Positions 27,501 to 41,437 of a stretch of DNA of 64,000 bases are shown here, in pieces. The translations under genes and the position numbers were made by a program. How positions within the stretch are numbered: position 1 is the first letter of the stretch; each line of letters begins with the position of its first letter. The notes under the pieces were generated by a model. That model was not told the origin of the DNA. It was given only the letters and a program-made list of their open reading frames with translations, and made no database searches. Origin of the DNA: Marsupella aquatica (lineage: Eukaryota > Plantae > Marchantiophyta); NCBI GenBank assembly GCA_973895155.1, contig OZ316893.1, positions 10,731,660 through 10,795,659 of the forward strand, written 5' to 3'.

Positions 27501-30480
27501 CCATCGAGAATTATAGGAATATAAGAAAGGAGTATCAAGACAAAGGAGAAGCGCCAACTAAAAAGGAGAGACAGGAAAAGCTGCTTTAAGGTTGCAGGTA
27601 TGAAGTTGAAGGCAGAATTACCCATGAGGGAGCTCCCAAGTACTCATTCCACGTGACGAAAATGATGCTATGTGATCACTATAGTCGATTCCCCCAACTC
27701 CAATGACATCGCTTTGATCTGCTGGATTATTTAACGTGCCATAGAGAGGGCCATCGTTTCCTATAGCAGAAACCATGATAATATTGTTTGCTGTCATTTC
27801 CCAGACCTGCAAGTCGAGACACTCCCTGCGATGAGAACCGAAGGACTGGTACAACAAAGGATTACAGAACCAACGACAAAACTGGAGATTCCCCCTCTAC
27901 GCTAGTTTGGCCTACGCAAAAGTTTCAATAATTTACCACCGAGACAGAACTGCTCAAGAACACCATCTATTGCACAGAATAAACAACATCGCAAGCCCAG
28001 GCGTGCTATCTGTGAAATAAATTTCATGAAAACGATTTCATTGTTAACTTGAGCAATAAGCCTCAAAAGCCAGTTTAAGGACTACTTGAGAGTAATCCTA
28101 GAATCAGAACAAGTGAAAGTTGAAACAGAACTCATCGTCCCACCATACTCCAACCCTCTGCTTGAGCTCAGGACCTTCACCTTTTCGACGAAAGGACTAT
28201 CCAAGTAGTCTGGACCGCCAATGCTTAAATTTAGCACATTCATCTTCGTCGCTATAGCATAGTTGAAAGCATCCAAAAACCATGACGTATATGACACCTG
28301 CAGCCATGCTGTGCCGGTTTGCTCTTCATGGGTCCTCAAGAGATAGCGGCTACACATAAAGAAACTTTGTTGTACTTTGTTGGTGCATTATCATGACTTA
28401 CGGAGGCCCTCCAAACTCTTGATTAGTAACGTCTCCATACGTAGTACAGCTAAACAGCCCAAACCACTAAGTCACAACGACCCGTCTAGCCTAGCAAAGT
28501 TTGATGCCAGCGTCAAACGAAAACACTGACCTCATTTAATTCCGAATCACTCCTATACTGTTATCATGATATTTCATGGAATTTAACAACTGAGGATTGC
28601 ACAGGAGATTGCTAGGACATATAAAGATGTCATTTCTACGAGACAAACATTCCAATTCTTGACTCCGTATACGACAACCAGAAATAACATGAGTACCTGT
28701 GCATCAGTAAAGACTCGAAAAGCGTAAATTTCGGCATCTGGTGCAAAACCTAAGCATTGTGGGTCTTGGCTTGAAATCACTCCAGCGACAAAAGTCCCAT
28801 GGCCAAGATTATCATTTAGAATATCCTTCTCATTGGTCCAATTTGTTCGCTCCTGCAGGAAGGACTGTTAGAATACAGTTTCCGGCTTTTTACTCCAAAA
28901 ACAAGGACATCATGTACCATAAATACAACCTACAGAAAACCAGAGACGAGGCACATGGGTGTCTCCATGTCTTCCAATGGACACTATATACGTAAGGCTC
29001 TGCCATTATTGTCCATGACATCAAGGAATTTTGTGTCAATACTCATGAGACGATTTAAAGCAATCACTGTTGGACATGGCATGTCTCTTCCCACCAACCA
29101 CCTCCACAATAGCCGACCAAGTGCACCATATCACAAATGAAGCAAAAGAGATCACACCTTTATATTCCGAAAATGTGGATGATCTGCACGAACCCCAGTG
29201 TCAAATACTGCCATTTTAACTTTTCCCCCCGTATGCCCTCTGGCCCATAATTTTTCAGCTTCAAACATTGACGTGATCTGAGATCTCTGTAGACAAAAGC
29301 CCCAACGTATATGTAGTTCATAAAAAAAGCAATACAGCCTACATGGGATACAAAGTAACTTCCGGGGTCTGCTTTCAGGTTGAATTACGAGAGTAATGGT
29401 TGCATCCCGAAGTACAACAAAGTCTATAGAGCAGCGTCCAAAGTCATCTACAAATGTAGCAATCGTCCTAGAATATTTCTTGCAATAAAGGCCCCAAGGA
29501 AAGGAATCCACAGGATTCCAGTCCAGCGAGTCATGACTTCCAAAAGAACTGATGCTACATGGTAATGTCGTTACCTCCATTCCCAAAATGCTGCGACCAC
29601 GAAACTCAAAAGTAGCATTCGGTGCTGCAGATTCCCTTTCCAAGAGCACGTCGTCTTCAAATGACATTGCAGTGTTCCTCCGACCTTTTGCCTGGCATTG
29701 TTCAAATTCTCTCTCTTTGTCATCTTTCCCAACCGTTTCCCGTGGAGATTTCATCTTCGTCGTATGTACACCATCCCTCCTTCGTCTACTCTTACGGCCA
29801 AAAGAGCCTTGTTTTCTATTGGCTGATCCAGTAGAAAAGGAATCGCTAGGCTCAGAAGTAAGCGAACGAGTAAATTGCATCTGGGGGGATACATCACGCA
29901 CAAAGCTGACACCAGCTAGCTGACTAAATAGGAGCTCCTTTTGAGCATCTTGAATTCTCAGTAATCCAAAATCTGTTGGGAAAGCAGCGGCTGGATTGTG
30001 CCGCTCGACCCAACTCCAGCCGTTTGTTCCCAGGGCTTGTTCGAGTGCTTGTCGGTGTACTGATACGTGCCTATATTGATCGAACCGAACAATGTACTCA
30101 TTTGCGACCTCGCCCACTGCCCTCACCGTTGCTTCCCGTTCACGCCCACTGGATTCGCCGCTATCTGTCTCACCAGTTCCTTCCTGTCCCGGAGTAGATC
30201 CCATGTCAAATCGACCTCTGCCTCGACCTCTGCCTGCAGCTTGCCTCGACTCTGTCCACTCATCTCTTGTGAAGAAGTCCTCGCCGCCAGAAAGATCATC
30301 TTGATTCAGCACGGAATCTTCCAGCCAGGGGTCCACGGTACTTTGGGTCACATTAGCCCCGGAGAATCCTGCCCCACCTAACTCATCATGTAAATTTTTA
30401 CAAGGAACAGCGGGTAGAAGGAAAGACAGCAGCAGAACGAGGCACAGCAGGCCAACTGCCGCTGCTTTTGGTGGTGTCAT
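24571..30480 (-). CDS. SBT6.1: Site-1 protease, subtilisin-like (exons 30480-29575, 29286-29158, 28852-28697, 28297-28181, 27806-27622, 27451-27188, 26962-25174, 24911-24854, 24662-24571)
   Basis: Signal peptide, catalytic D (VFDTG), H (GHGTFVAG) and S (SGTSVASP), oxyanion SAIGNDGP, and S1P-specific [21 protein letters not shown]-terminal TM helix plus basic tail. Splice phases are consistent. Confidence 0.95.
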
Positions 30481-32541
30481 CCTTTCCCAGAGCCAAGTTG
30501 TACCTGACAATTAAGAAACAGGCGAGTAACAACTTCGCATTTCAACGAATGTACCTCGCTGCCATTCCTCATTATTGACATGGGCAGGCTGGTCTTCTAG
30601 GTATTGATCTATCCACCTTCAGAAGTGGTTCAAAGGCGGATCCCGGCTATGGATGATTGATGGATAGAACAGGAGATTCACAAATTGAGCGTTCGTAAGG
30701 TGGGCATACAAGCGAGAAAAGAAATGCCGACTTCGTCGCCATGGCATTCATCATGGTACTCGGTTTCTTATTCGCCAAACCTGCTCTCATGAATTTCAAC
30801 TCGTTTTGTCCTTTTCATCATTATCCCACCTTGTATCAAGGACGACAATGCGCGCAGAATAAGGCACGGGGCAAGAAGTCCTTTGCTGTTTTAACACACT
30901 TGCCACGGACTGAACCGGATCCCTGCCTTACAAATCCGACCTTCTAAGCGTGAAGCATTTTGTCTCAGACCAAACGTCTAAACATGTCTGCCGAATTCAC
31001 AACCTTAGGGTTTGCTAATGACCATGTTCCTTGGAAAGAAGATAATATCACCCTTCCTGTACACTTGCGAGCCGCGACACAATACTCACATTCTTGATCA
31101 CTCCTATCTGTATGGAGATCGCCACCTCGCAGATCGAACCTCACACCTCACAATCTGGTCTGCTTTATCACAATATCCTCACTCCAACAACTCAAACCCT
31201 GATTCCACCCAATCAGCTCAAATATTCAGGGAAACAACAAAGAAAACCAAACACCGGCCTCGCCTCACTCCCGTTTGGGGTCTTCCTCTGGCCTACGATC
31301 TCACAGGGACGGTCGCATCTGACCAGAACTCATTGTGGAGACTCTTCCTGTGCATCCAATTGAGATCGGGCATTCAGCAATTGCTCCAGCACTTAAGATT
31401 CGGCCCTCGAGATCATCGCTGCAAGATGAAACGGAACTGAGGGACGCTGTTTTCAATTGCCCTCCAAAATAGTGAGTAATTTGGTCTATTTCAGTATCTC
31501 TCCTCACCGCTTCTTTCCAACTCCCTACAAAATTATCTTCTCCAAAGGCAAATCACACCAGGGCTGGTTCCAATTCCTCGTCACAAGCCCGGCGAGAGAA
31601 CCCAATCCAGCTGACAGAGTCTTCGAGTCACAGCACCGTCGACTCCCCAAGACTGCAGAAAACGTGGGGATAGCAACCACAGCGACAGAACACACTGATT
31701 AGTTCGACGAAAGCGATCTCCGCTGACCTCACCCATCCATATCGTTCGTCTGCAAATTACATTACTCGTCAGTCCTAGAAGCGGATGGATTGACTGCCAC
31801 GGTCCACCTGCGACCTAAAAAGGCAAATCGATCGATCCGATCGGTCCACCAGAAGATTGGAAACCCTCCACTTCCCGGCCCATCCGTCCGTAGCAGAAGC
31901 AATCAATCAATCAAATACATCCCATTACTTCTCTTTCGCTAAAGCGACCACAGAATTGACTGCGCCACCAGCGTGTGGCACAATGTTCAGGCGAATCAAA
32001 TCGATCGGTCCACGCCTCTACCACCACCACCACCACCATGGACCAACTTCCCTCGAAGATCTGTGCTTCTGTGAGCCCAATTGCGATGAGCTCGCGCGTC
32101 CGTAAGCCGTATCACACGACGTCTCGCGTGATTGAATGATGCGATCGAATTGCCTTTGCTCCCGACCTGCTGATGGGCGAGTGACGATCCCTGCTCATCA
32201 GTACAAGGCAATCTCCGCACTGCAATGATGATCGGTCGTACTCGAGAGTCGAGAGGCTCGATCACCACGGGGAGGAATGAAACGCGCACAGACAGAGAGA
32301 GAGGTCGGCCGAGCTCAAAAGGAGGAAAGTAGGAAACGGAGAAGGATGTCAGTCGTTTGGCTAAACCTTCACCTTTAGCGACGGAGGTAGCTCTCTTTTG
32401 GGTTGTGTGTTGCTCTGTTCGGGCGTGTCAAAATATGGCCGTGCTGCACTTCCCCGTTGTGTTTTTTACTTGAGAGATCGTTTTAAATTCCCCGTTGTGT
32501 TTTAAGCATTTTGATTTGACCTTTTGAATTACACTTCTCCA

Positions 32542-33043
32542 TCTATCTATCTATCTCTATTTTAATCTGCAATGGAAAATTACAGATGATGTCATACTCT
32601 CTAGAGTGCAACTATAGGCAGTAATTTCTTGGGTACAGTTTTTAATTACTTTGTCACTAAAAATACTCTAATTGATAATATTATCATGATTTTCTTTCTA
32701 TTTATAAAAATGTAAAACTTTGGTATATGGATGACAAGTTCCCAATGTAAACAGGGGAAATATATATGAAAAATGTGGCATTTTCATAAATACAACAAAA
32801 ATGGTGACAATATTATAAATTCAAACATCCTAAGTGGCAGTGTACTTAAAAGTTGTTTGGTAACAGACTTCTATTCTTACTTAGTGCGCTTGTGAGGAAG
32901 GACAGGCATGAGAATCTGGGTAAAGGGAATCGTTCCTGGCAGACAGCACTGGTATTCTATCTTATCTATCTGTTATACTTTGCAAAGGAAATCTAGAGAT
33001 TATGTCCTACTCTCTAGAGTGCAGCTATAGGCAGTAATTTCTT
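32542..33043 (+). mobile_element. Tandem Helitron-like 5' termini / short non-autonomous element
   Basis: Two similar ~90-bp segments (32542-32630, 32956-33043) start TCTATC and share TACTCTCTAGAGTGCA.CTATAGGCAGTAATTTCTT. A short hairpin GGAATCGTTCC and CTGG precede the second copy. Confidence 0.4.
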
Positions 33044-33599
33044 TTGTAATCAGAAGTAACTTTGGTATTCCCGCTACTTAAAGAGTAGTGCTATTTAAGT
33101 AGCATTCTCCATGCACCTATTATTAGATATTGTAGACTATGTACATCTGGATAAGTGCATAAATGATGTCCCATGCACTTAGCATAGTGCATTCCATGCA
33201 TAAAGTGCTGGCTGGTGGTGTCTTCCCACCAGCCTGCACTTAGACGTGGGTCACTGTAATGTGCCCTTTGAGGATGAGACGTTCAAGAACTCATAGTCAT
33301 AAGACTTTATTTATGACAGCATTTTGACGCAGTCTATTAGGGGGTCTCAAACCTCAAGCATTCTCATGGATAATGAGAGTTGTAGACATTTATCAATTAC
33401 TACAATGCATACATAAGAAATCTTTACTCATAGAACCTAACAACTACATAAAGTAGTTTTTATGTACCCCTTTTCCACCCCCTTTTGAGGTCTGGGTGAG
33501 AGAGGTGCTGACTGTCAGCCAGGTTTGTGCTTACTTCAATTCAGATGTGTATTGTTTAATTAGATAAGCTTATTTAGACACAGCCAATTTAGAGTTTAA

Positions 33600-33810
33600 T
33601 AGAGTAATTTATTTGAAAGGGGAAAGGAAGCACATTTAGATTTCAATGACAAAATTTGGCATTATCCAATGGCTACTTTACATCCAAGTAATTCATTTCA
33701 CAGTGGAAGGGAAAGACATTTAGAATTCAATACTAAAATTGGCTGTGTCCAGTGGCTACCATATGTCTCAGTAATTTGTTTGACAGTGGAGGGAAACACA
33801 AACATTTAGT
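33600..33810. repeat. Degenerate ~85-bp tandem repeat (about 2.5 copies)
   Basis: Recurring ACATTTAG, TCCA(A/G)TGGCTAC, AGTAATT and ACAGTGGA blocks. Confidence 0.6.
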
Positions 33811-36156
33811 ATAAATTGAAGCTGCATGTACTACTAAACATCGATCATAGACAGAATTTATCCATACACTATTTTCTCCACTAGGTGCCTTGACAACACT
33901 AAACAGAGAAATTCACAGGAATGTGGACTCAGAAGACTTGGCACTTTGACATCACATGCAGCTCTATTTAGTGGCGTTCACATAAATATTGCAGTTTGGT
34001 AACAAAGCGTTTTTGGCTTGCATCAGCCTAGCACCTCCAGGAAGTCTATTCAGCTCAACGCCTCCACAAACTGCATAAACAGGCTCTCAATCTGTGCCAA
34101 TAAAAGGTGCAAAAAAATCTTACCAGAAGCATGCTATGGCGGGAGCAATCTCCAGGGAATAGCCTCAAAAATTTGTCCAACGCAAGCTCAAGTGGGAGGA
34201 CTGGGGTGAAGTGTTAAGAATTGACTTGAGTTCCCAGCTTTAGTTACGTTGGCTTTACTAGGGTTAACCCTAGATTGTGCACATCAGTGAGGCCTTTGTC
34301 TCTGTGAAGTCTTCACAGCTATTCATCTGGCGAGTGTGGAACAATATCATTTTACGTTTTGCTGTTTAGATAAGCTCTTCCCTTCTGTCTGTAGCTGGCT
34401 TTGAGGACTGATGTGGTGTTGGCGTTTGTGGTGTGTCCTGGCCCTTGGCTTGTTATGTTTTGTGCCCTGCTGGTCTTTGCCATGGTGGTCATGTTAATAA
34501 ATTGCCAAGTTCCCACAAAAAACAAAAAAAGCTCTTGGCTATGGCTTAGTAATGCTCAATTTATTTCCCTTTGTGGGCCTGTGGGACCCACTTCTCTCGT
34601 AAAACATTGAAGAGTTTTTGGTCCAAGGTTGTGCCCGAGGTTGCGCTTATCTCATTTTCCCGCAAAGGGTGGGTAGGCCTCCCTGCCTCCTTGCTCCCCA
34701 TACCCCCCACACCCATGCTCCTCAGTACAGATGCTGTGTGGGAGCACATCCTTTCTTCTTGGGGGGTCTGTACCTTCACTACCTGATGGTACCTCCATGG
34801 AACCTTGCTCTCATTCAGATTGGCTCAGTAAATAAATAGTTCTTGGACTACAGGAGCCCAGAATATTTTGAGGTACTATCTTGTGAATCCCTCAAATAAT
34901 TGTCTCGTCAATTTTAGAAAATTCTAGACTTTTTGATGCAAACACTGACATTTCAATGTATTCATTAGTTTTTACATAAATTTTCAAAACAAGAGAATAA
35001 TTCAGGACCTAACTTTATTTACTGTAATAAAAATAATTAGTGTTTTGCAGAGGCCCTGGAAACTCCAAATATTATGGCACCATGGTAATGTGAGTAAAAG
35101 TAATAATATGTGAGTTGGCCAAGTCCACTATTGACTGATTAGCCTGAGTGAATGTTTCATAATTCTTGTTAGGAAGAAAAGTTACCTGTGTATATAACCT
35201 TTTCTACTAGGTGTGACCTGGTAATATTTAATGACATATAGGGTATTTGCCACCTGCCTCCTTGCGGTGCTCAGCTCTGCTGCCTGGTAGACGGCCTACC
35301 AACAAGCAGGTAGATTAAATACAATTCCACCATTAAATGAGAATGTTGAGACTGGGCCGTTGAGATAGTCCGATGGACGGTTGAGATTCAAATTTAAACT
35401 TCGATAAGTGGAGGGTGAGTGATTTTGGTAAGGTACGGTGAAGCTGGACGGCCAGTACCCTGCGGTCCGCACCCTTTATTCGACCCACGGTACGGCGGCG
35501 GGGAGACCGTCAGTCCACAGAAGAAGACGAAATTTGTGGGGTTGACGTAAGAAAATAATGGGACTGATCCGTACCTGACCGTATTTTCTCGTACTAGAAC
35601 CAACTGACCGTCTGACCGTCAGACCGTGGGTCCGTTTTCGGCCTTTGCCCGCGGGCAGATGGTGGGTGGGTGCCCGCTTGCCCGCTGCCGGGGGCCTGCG
35701 TGACTACGTGTCGTCCTCAAGAACCTCAACTAACACGGTTGGGCAGGACACGAAACAGTTTCGTTTCCGCGGGACTTTTAGCGTACCGGCTATAATTGGC
35801 GGTCTTGACAGGGGCTGACGGGTGCGTCGATTTGGAAGGTGTCGAGACTCTTGATCTCTGGGCGACGGTCATGGAACGACTAGGGGGGGGGGGGGGGGGG
35901 CGGCCGCGGTCTCTCCAACAGGCTTTTTTTTTAGTTGCTCATTTTCGCTAAATTCCACATCCCAAATTTTTTTTTGTAGATTCATTGTCTCATTTTCCAG
36001 TTTCTCATCTAGTCACATGCCCTATTATCCAGAATCTTTAAATCTAGCGAGATCTAATGGTCAGAAACTAATTAATAAATATCACATACAGAATATTCCT
36101 AACATCTGCCCCTTCACACACACCTGACACTCTGGCTAATAAGATAAACCCTTAAA

Positions 36157-36330
36157 GATTGCTCATTTGCTCTGGGCTCAAACCTCAAAATTCAATGGTC
36201 CTCAACTTATCATTAGTTAAGACTAGGGACAAAAAGTCATTGGGATTGTTCATTTGCTCTGGTCTCAAACCTCAAAATTCAATGTTCCTCAACTTATTAT
36301 TAGTTAAGACTAGGGACAAAAAGTCATTGG
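36157..36330. repeat. Tandem duplication of ~87 bp
   Basis: GATTG(C/T)TCATTTGCTCTGG...GACTAGGGACAAAAAGTCATTGG occurs twice head-to-tail. Confidence 0.85.
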
Positions 36331-37613
36331 CTACCAAATTCACAATGGATGACTTTATGTCATAAAGACTGGTCAAATGCCATGACCATAAGTCACTCCT
36401 GTGAGGACTAGTGAGAAACATATAAAAACTTTTTCATAACCCCCAGTGAAAAATCTATGGTGGCTTTTTCACAACCCAGTATGAAACACTCGGGTGGCCA
36501 GCAAAGCGATCATCTGTAATTAGAACCAGCTAAACTAAATAAGCTTGTTTTCCATTCGTATACAACATTGTTTAGCATGGTTTTGGGCACAAAACAATAT
36601 TTAGTATTACATTTCAGTATATACACAAGGCCATAATATTATTTTATTTATCTAAGATTTTTTATTGGATATATACACTGAATATAGAGCGTTTACCATC
36701 AAGATACTTAGATTATTTTAAGATTTACAAAAATCTTCTTAAGATATATTTAGTAACAAGGTCCATATTATATTATTATAATGATTCATTTCTTGCACTA
36801 ACCCAGATAGCACTAGGGTAAAAATGTACTCACCTTATTGAGACAAGGTAGGCAATATCCAGGTACGGTTTCCAGTACGGCGGGGCAGCAAGGGAAAGAG
36901 CCGTACTGAAAAAATAATGTCAATCTTTTGCCTTTCTCTACACACCTGTTCTTGGTCATGATTTTTTTTTAGGAACGCAGTTGGATCGAATATATACTTT
37001 ATGTATAAAATGTGCAATAATTGAAAAAGGGTACGCAAAAGTAAAGGGTGCAAATGGGTAGGAAGAATTGGGTACACCTGGGTCTAGAGCTCTGACAAGA
37101 ATTGGGGTGCCAGAATTCTACCAGAATTGTTTGTGGGCAGGAAATATCATATTTGTGTTTTGCTTTTCATCAGGTCAAAGTTATCGGCAGGAAGTATTAC
37201 ATTTTTATGTTTTGTTTTTCATCATGTCAAAGTCCTGGGCAGAAATAAATGGATCCCCTGTTTTACCTTACCCTTTCCATTTTGACCTCCTTTTTCCCTT
37301 TTTCACTCAATACAATCAATAGCACAGGGCTTGCAATAATTGCTCAAAGGTAGAATGGAGAGCACCAAAAACTTCAATGGTAAAGGGGTAGAAAAGATCA
37401 CCGGGTAGCGAACTGCATAGACCTACTCCTTGAGCCAGGACGCCTTGACAGCTGCATGGCCAGGCACATGGACGGCAACCGCAACATGGCTCCTATAGAA
37501 CAATCGATAATGTTTCTGGGCTGCAGCACTGTCACCCTCCCCACAGCCCCTCTTTGCCCACGTTCCCCCTCCCCAGCCAACCCAGCCAACCCAGCCAACC
37601 CTCTGGCTCTTGT

Positions 37614-37881
37614 TACTTTCTCTCCTAGAATTTAACTATGATTTGGTGGGAGTTGATTTTACTTACAATGATCTTGCTCACTTTACTTTCTCTCCTAGAA
37701 TTTAACTATGATTTGGTGCAAGTTGATTATACTTACAATGATCTTTTAAGCAGTCAATTTGGGTCTTTTGCCTGAGGGAACATGTGTGTGGGTTGGGAAC
37801 CCCTTGTTTTTTGGTAGTTTGAAATATACACATGTCTCGGGGTTGGGAACCCCTTGATTTTTTGGTAGTTTGAAATATACA
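37614..37881. repeat. Two adjacent short tandem duplications
   Basis: TACTTTCTCTCCTAGAATTTAACTATG...ACAATGATCTT x2, then GGGTTGGGAACCCCTTG...GAAATATACA x2. Confidence 0.8.
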
Positions 37882-39754
37882 GTCAGTTGGTAACTTCAGT
37901 AATCACTCACTTTGAATTTTGGTATCTACTTTTCAAAATGGATTTTGTGATTATACATTTGAAGCCCTCCCTTTGGATTGTTGGGAATCTCTTCAATACT
38001 CGCTTTTGGTTTTAATCTCTTCTGCGCTCGCTCACTTCAGTACTTATCCACATTGGATTTTGGGGACATTGAAAAGTCCTCCCTTTCGATTTCTGGGGAT
38101 CACTTCAGTACTCGCTTTTGGATTTGATCTCTTCAGTACTCGCTCACTTCAAGTACTTATCTACCCATGCTTACTTTCATTTGAAGATGATGTCCGTTCA
38201 TACACCAGGCTTGTACAAAATTCACAGATCCAAGAGTTCTTTGAAAGAGAACACTCGTTAGGTTTGTGAGAGAAAATAAAATAAATTCTTGCTTTAGTTC
38301 AAGCTTTCAAAATCAGAATATGGATCAGAAACTCGGAAGCAAATGTCTTTATTGGCAGTTGTTACTCATTTCTGCAAGAGTGACAATCCCACAGTTCACT
38401 CCTTCACAACGCATCCATGCTGTCTTCCCCACCCCCACCCCCACATCCAGGACCACAGACATAACCGAAAACCAAAACTCATCTGTAGCATGCCAATGAA
38501 CGACCGATTTACTAGCCCCATTGCACAAATTTACAGAGGGGCCATGATTACAGGTGAACAATCTCAATCTCCTACTTCGTCTTTCTGTTCCATCAATTCG
38601 CTGTTCCTTAGTCTGGCAGGGATCTCCCAGCCATCTACATGAATCAAATCTTTCAATTGCAAAATCAATGGGAAGAAAGTAAGTTACGACTTAATCCAAA
38701 TTCAATCCTCAGCATAGTAATTTGAGGTTCTCTTCTATAGACATCTCACACCAAAATTGACAATGTTCTGGATGACAGCCTGAGGCGCCGAACGTCATCC
38801 ATTCTTCCCAAGGGATTCCTACTGATTAACTAGAACAGTACCACAAATCTACGTGCAATTGAACTTGGAACATGTTGTTGCAAGAGCACTCTGCCCTCAT
38901 CTTCCGGCTCAATCTTGGATCATATCAAAAATTGAATACAAAACAGTAAGTCTAGAACTACCTTAACTCTGCCTCTGTTTCAGGCTTCAAGGGGTTTTGA
39001 CTCTTCATGATTTCCTCGATGACATCTTGGGACTGCAGCCAGTCCATGGCAGCGATTGGCTTCAAGTGAAGGTCGTTAATGGGCGATCAAATAAACTGAG
39101 GTAGAACTATCCAACTGCCTGCCTTTGACTCAATTCCCTGAGACCGTACAATACGCGAGGTTGAGGGCATTTTCGCACATCTTTGACCACAAAAACGATG
39201 AAAAAGGGATACTATCATACAGTGGGACATACAGCTCCTGTGAGACTAGGGAGATTGGAAATTATGCCAAGCTTTGAAACCCAGTAGACCACATGTCTGT
39301 GCAGTGTTGAAGCATAAGATTTCAGTAGGAAGAGACCTATGTCCCGTTTGTCCGTCTAGAAATGATCTTGATGTCATATCCTACCGGGCCCGTTAATACT
39401 CGACACAAGCGGATGTACATAAGATTCCCTGTAGCCACAAAGACCTAATCCTCCTTGCTATATGAATGTGAGAATGCTATTTAGTGTACTTCCAATGCAG
39501 TTGCAACTTGGTTTTCAGCAGCCGCAGAGGCTTGAGATGAAGGGTGCCTGCTCTTCCTTGAATAAGTAACGTAATAATGTACTTTCTTGTCACTAGCTAG
39601 GCGCATGAGATAGTGTTCTCGCCACTGCGATGAGACAATACCAGCTATGATGTCAATATGGACCGATAAACCACAGTTAAACTTGAAAAAATCACATAGT
39701 AACAGATAACCTTCCTAGCTGGTAACCTCTGTCTGTAATAGCTGTGCCAGTTAA

Positions 39755-41437
39755 TTAATCAAGAAAAAGAGGAGCTGCTTCAAGGACTGCATCCATCCTA
39801 TTTATAATTCTGGTTCGGGTCAATTCAGTGCATGAAAAAGTGTCGATGCTTACAGGAAGAGCTTGCCTTGACCACTACAATATGCATCGTAGAACTATTT
39901 GGGGGAAGTCCCAACCGCAAAGTGTACAACTTTGTACTCATAGGGTGCCGAGCACATAGTACAATATCTTCATCAATCCCAGTCTCTTCCTGTAAACGCT
40001 CCTGAAGAAGTTTCAGACTATGGCCTTTGAATCTGAAACTCGACCATCCACCATCCTCAATGTTCTTTGCCTCACCTTTGTCATTAGCTACGGTGAAGAA
40101 AACTTCACGCCCCTCGGCAGGTTTTGTATGGGATGCTCTTGGTGATGACAGGGATGCTCTTGGAGATAGACTATGTCCATATGGAATCTGACAGACAGAA
40201 CAACGATGAGGTCAGCTGTCTCATCACATCGAGGTCCAAGGGCAATCAAAACATTTCAAGACAACTGAGCTTCATACCCATGCATGATGAGATTCTCGTT
40301 TTGGTGCCGGTGGTGCAAGATGCGCTTCCCCGTAAGATAGCTGCCAAACACGACGAAACCTCAACTTGTCAGCAAAACAGTGCGTTAGAAAGGGACACAA
40401 TCGTACTTCATTTCATCTCTTACATGGGCATTAACAGCCACACAGCCAGCCAATGTGCATGCCAGATACCTCCAGTTCTCAAGGGGGTTTGCCGGACAAG
40501 TGCAAAAGCTGTTCGAAGCTTTAATAACCTTTTCCCCAGAGCCACTTCATATAAATTCCACGGACGAAATGTCCTTTTTGTTCTTATTATCAGGTTTTCT
40601 TTGATTGTGCTTGGTTTCCGGTTGAGGTTGCACGGCTAAACTTCCACAACTTCAATGAAATGTGTACATTACAAAAAGTTCAACGCTCTGCCAGTCTACT
40701 CAGGGGGGGCTGGACTATTTGCCCACGTGAAGATTCATATTTTACAATGACCAGTTATCCTCGGGGTAAAGACGGTTATCGCAGAAACTTCGACATTTAC
40801 AAACATGCAACAATCAGCCAGGTCAGTCTTGTCTGAAATCCCTGGATTATTTCTGCGAAAGACTGTTCTCCGGTACTGCTGATCATTTCTGGCTTTCTTG
40901 CTACTTGAAAGGAAACTAGAGCAGAAACAGAACACTCGGAAAGGGAACGTGAAGATAGCAAAAGTATACCTCGACAGGAATGATGTTTGGCACACTGACA
41001 TTCTCGACTTCCCAGAGCAGATAATCTTGATGTTTTTGAATCATCGAAGGAAGATCATGAGTCACAGAATCTCTCCAAGGAGGAATACTTCCATTAGCTC
41101 GAAGAAAATTGCCATGGCAGGTCTTGAGCTTCACGAGAAACCCTTCACTTACGGGTTCCCATTCAACAGAAGAATCTATGTGCCTCAACTTTCTTTGTAC
41201 AGTTTTCTTGCCAGTCATTCCCAATAGAAAAGCATCATCACTGGCAGTCAAGAATGTCTCGTAACAGCTAATCAATCTGATCAGATTGCTATTGGGAACT
41301 CTTTCGACGCGCCACAAAGCCTGCTCGACTAGTCTTTCGCGTTTCTGAGAAATCTTCTGTTGGTCGTCTTCAGCCCATAAATATTTCCCATGATGTCCTT
41401 TCAAACGCACAGTTTTCGCCTTCTCAAAAAACTCCAT
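39755..41437 (-). CDS. DUF569 (fascin-like beta-trefoil) protein with C-terminal ubiquitin-like domain, multi-exon
   Basis: Exon 41437-40970 encodes MEFFEKAKTVRLKGHHGKYLWAEDD...GNFLRANGSIPPWRDSVTHD. The exon ending at 39854 encodes GREVFFTVAND...FKGHSL...RLGLPPNSSTMHIVVV. Middle exons and the last exon are tentative. Confidence 0.85.

Noticed and set aside
31012-31702. ORFs upstream of the SBT6.1 start
   Set aside because: Probably within the 5' UTR intron or a decayed repeat; no supportable product.
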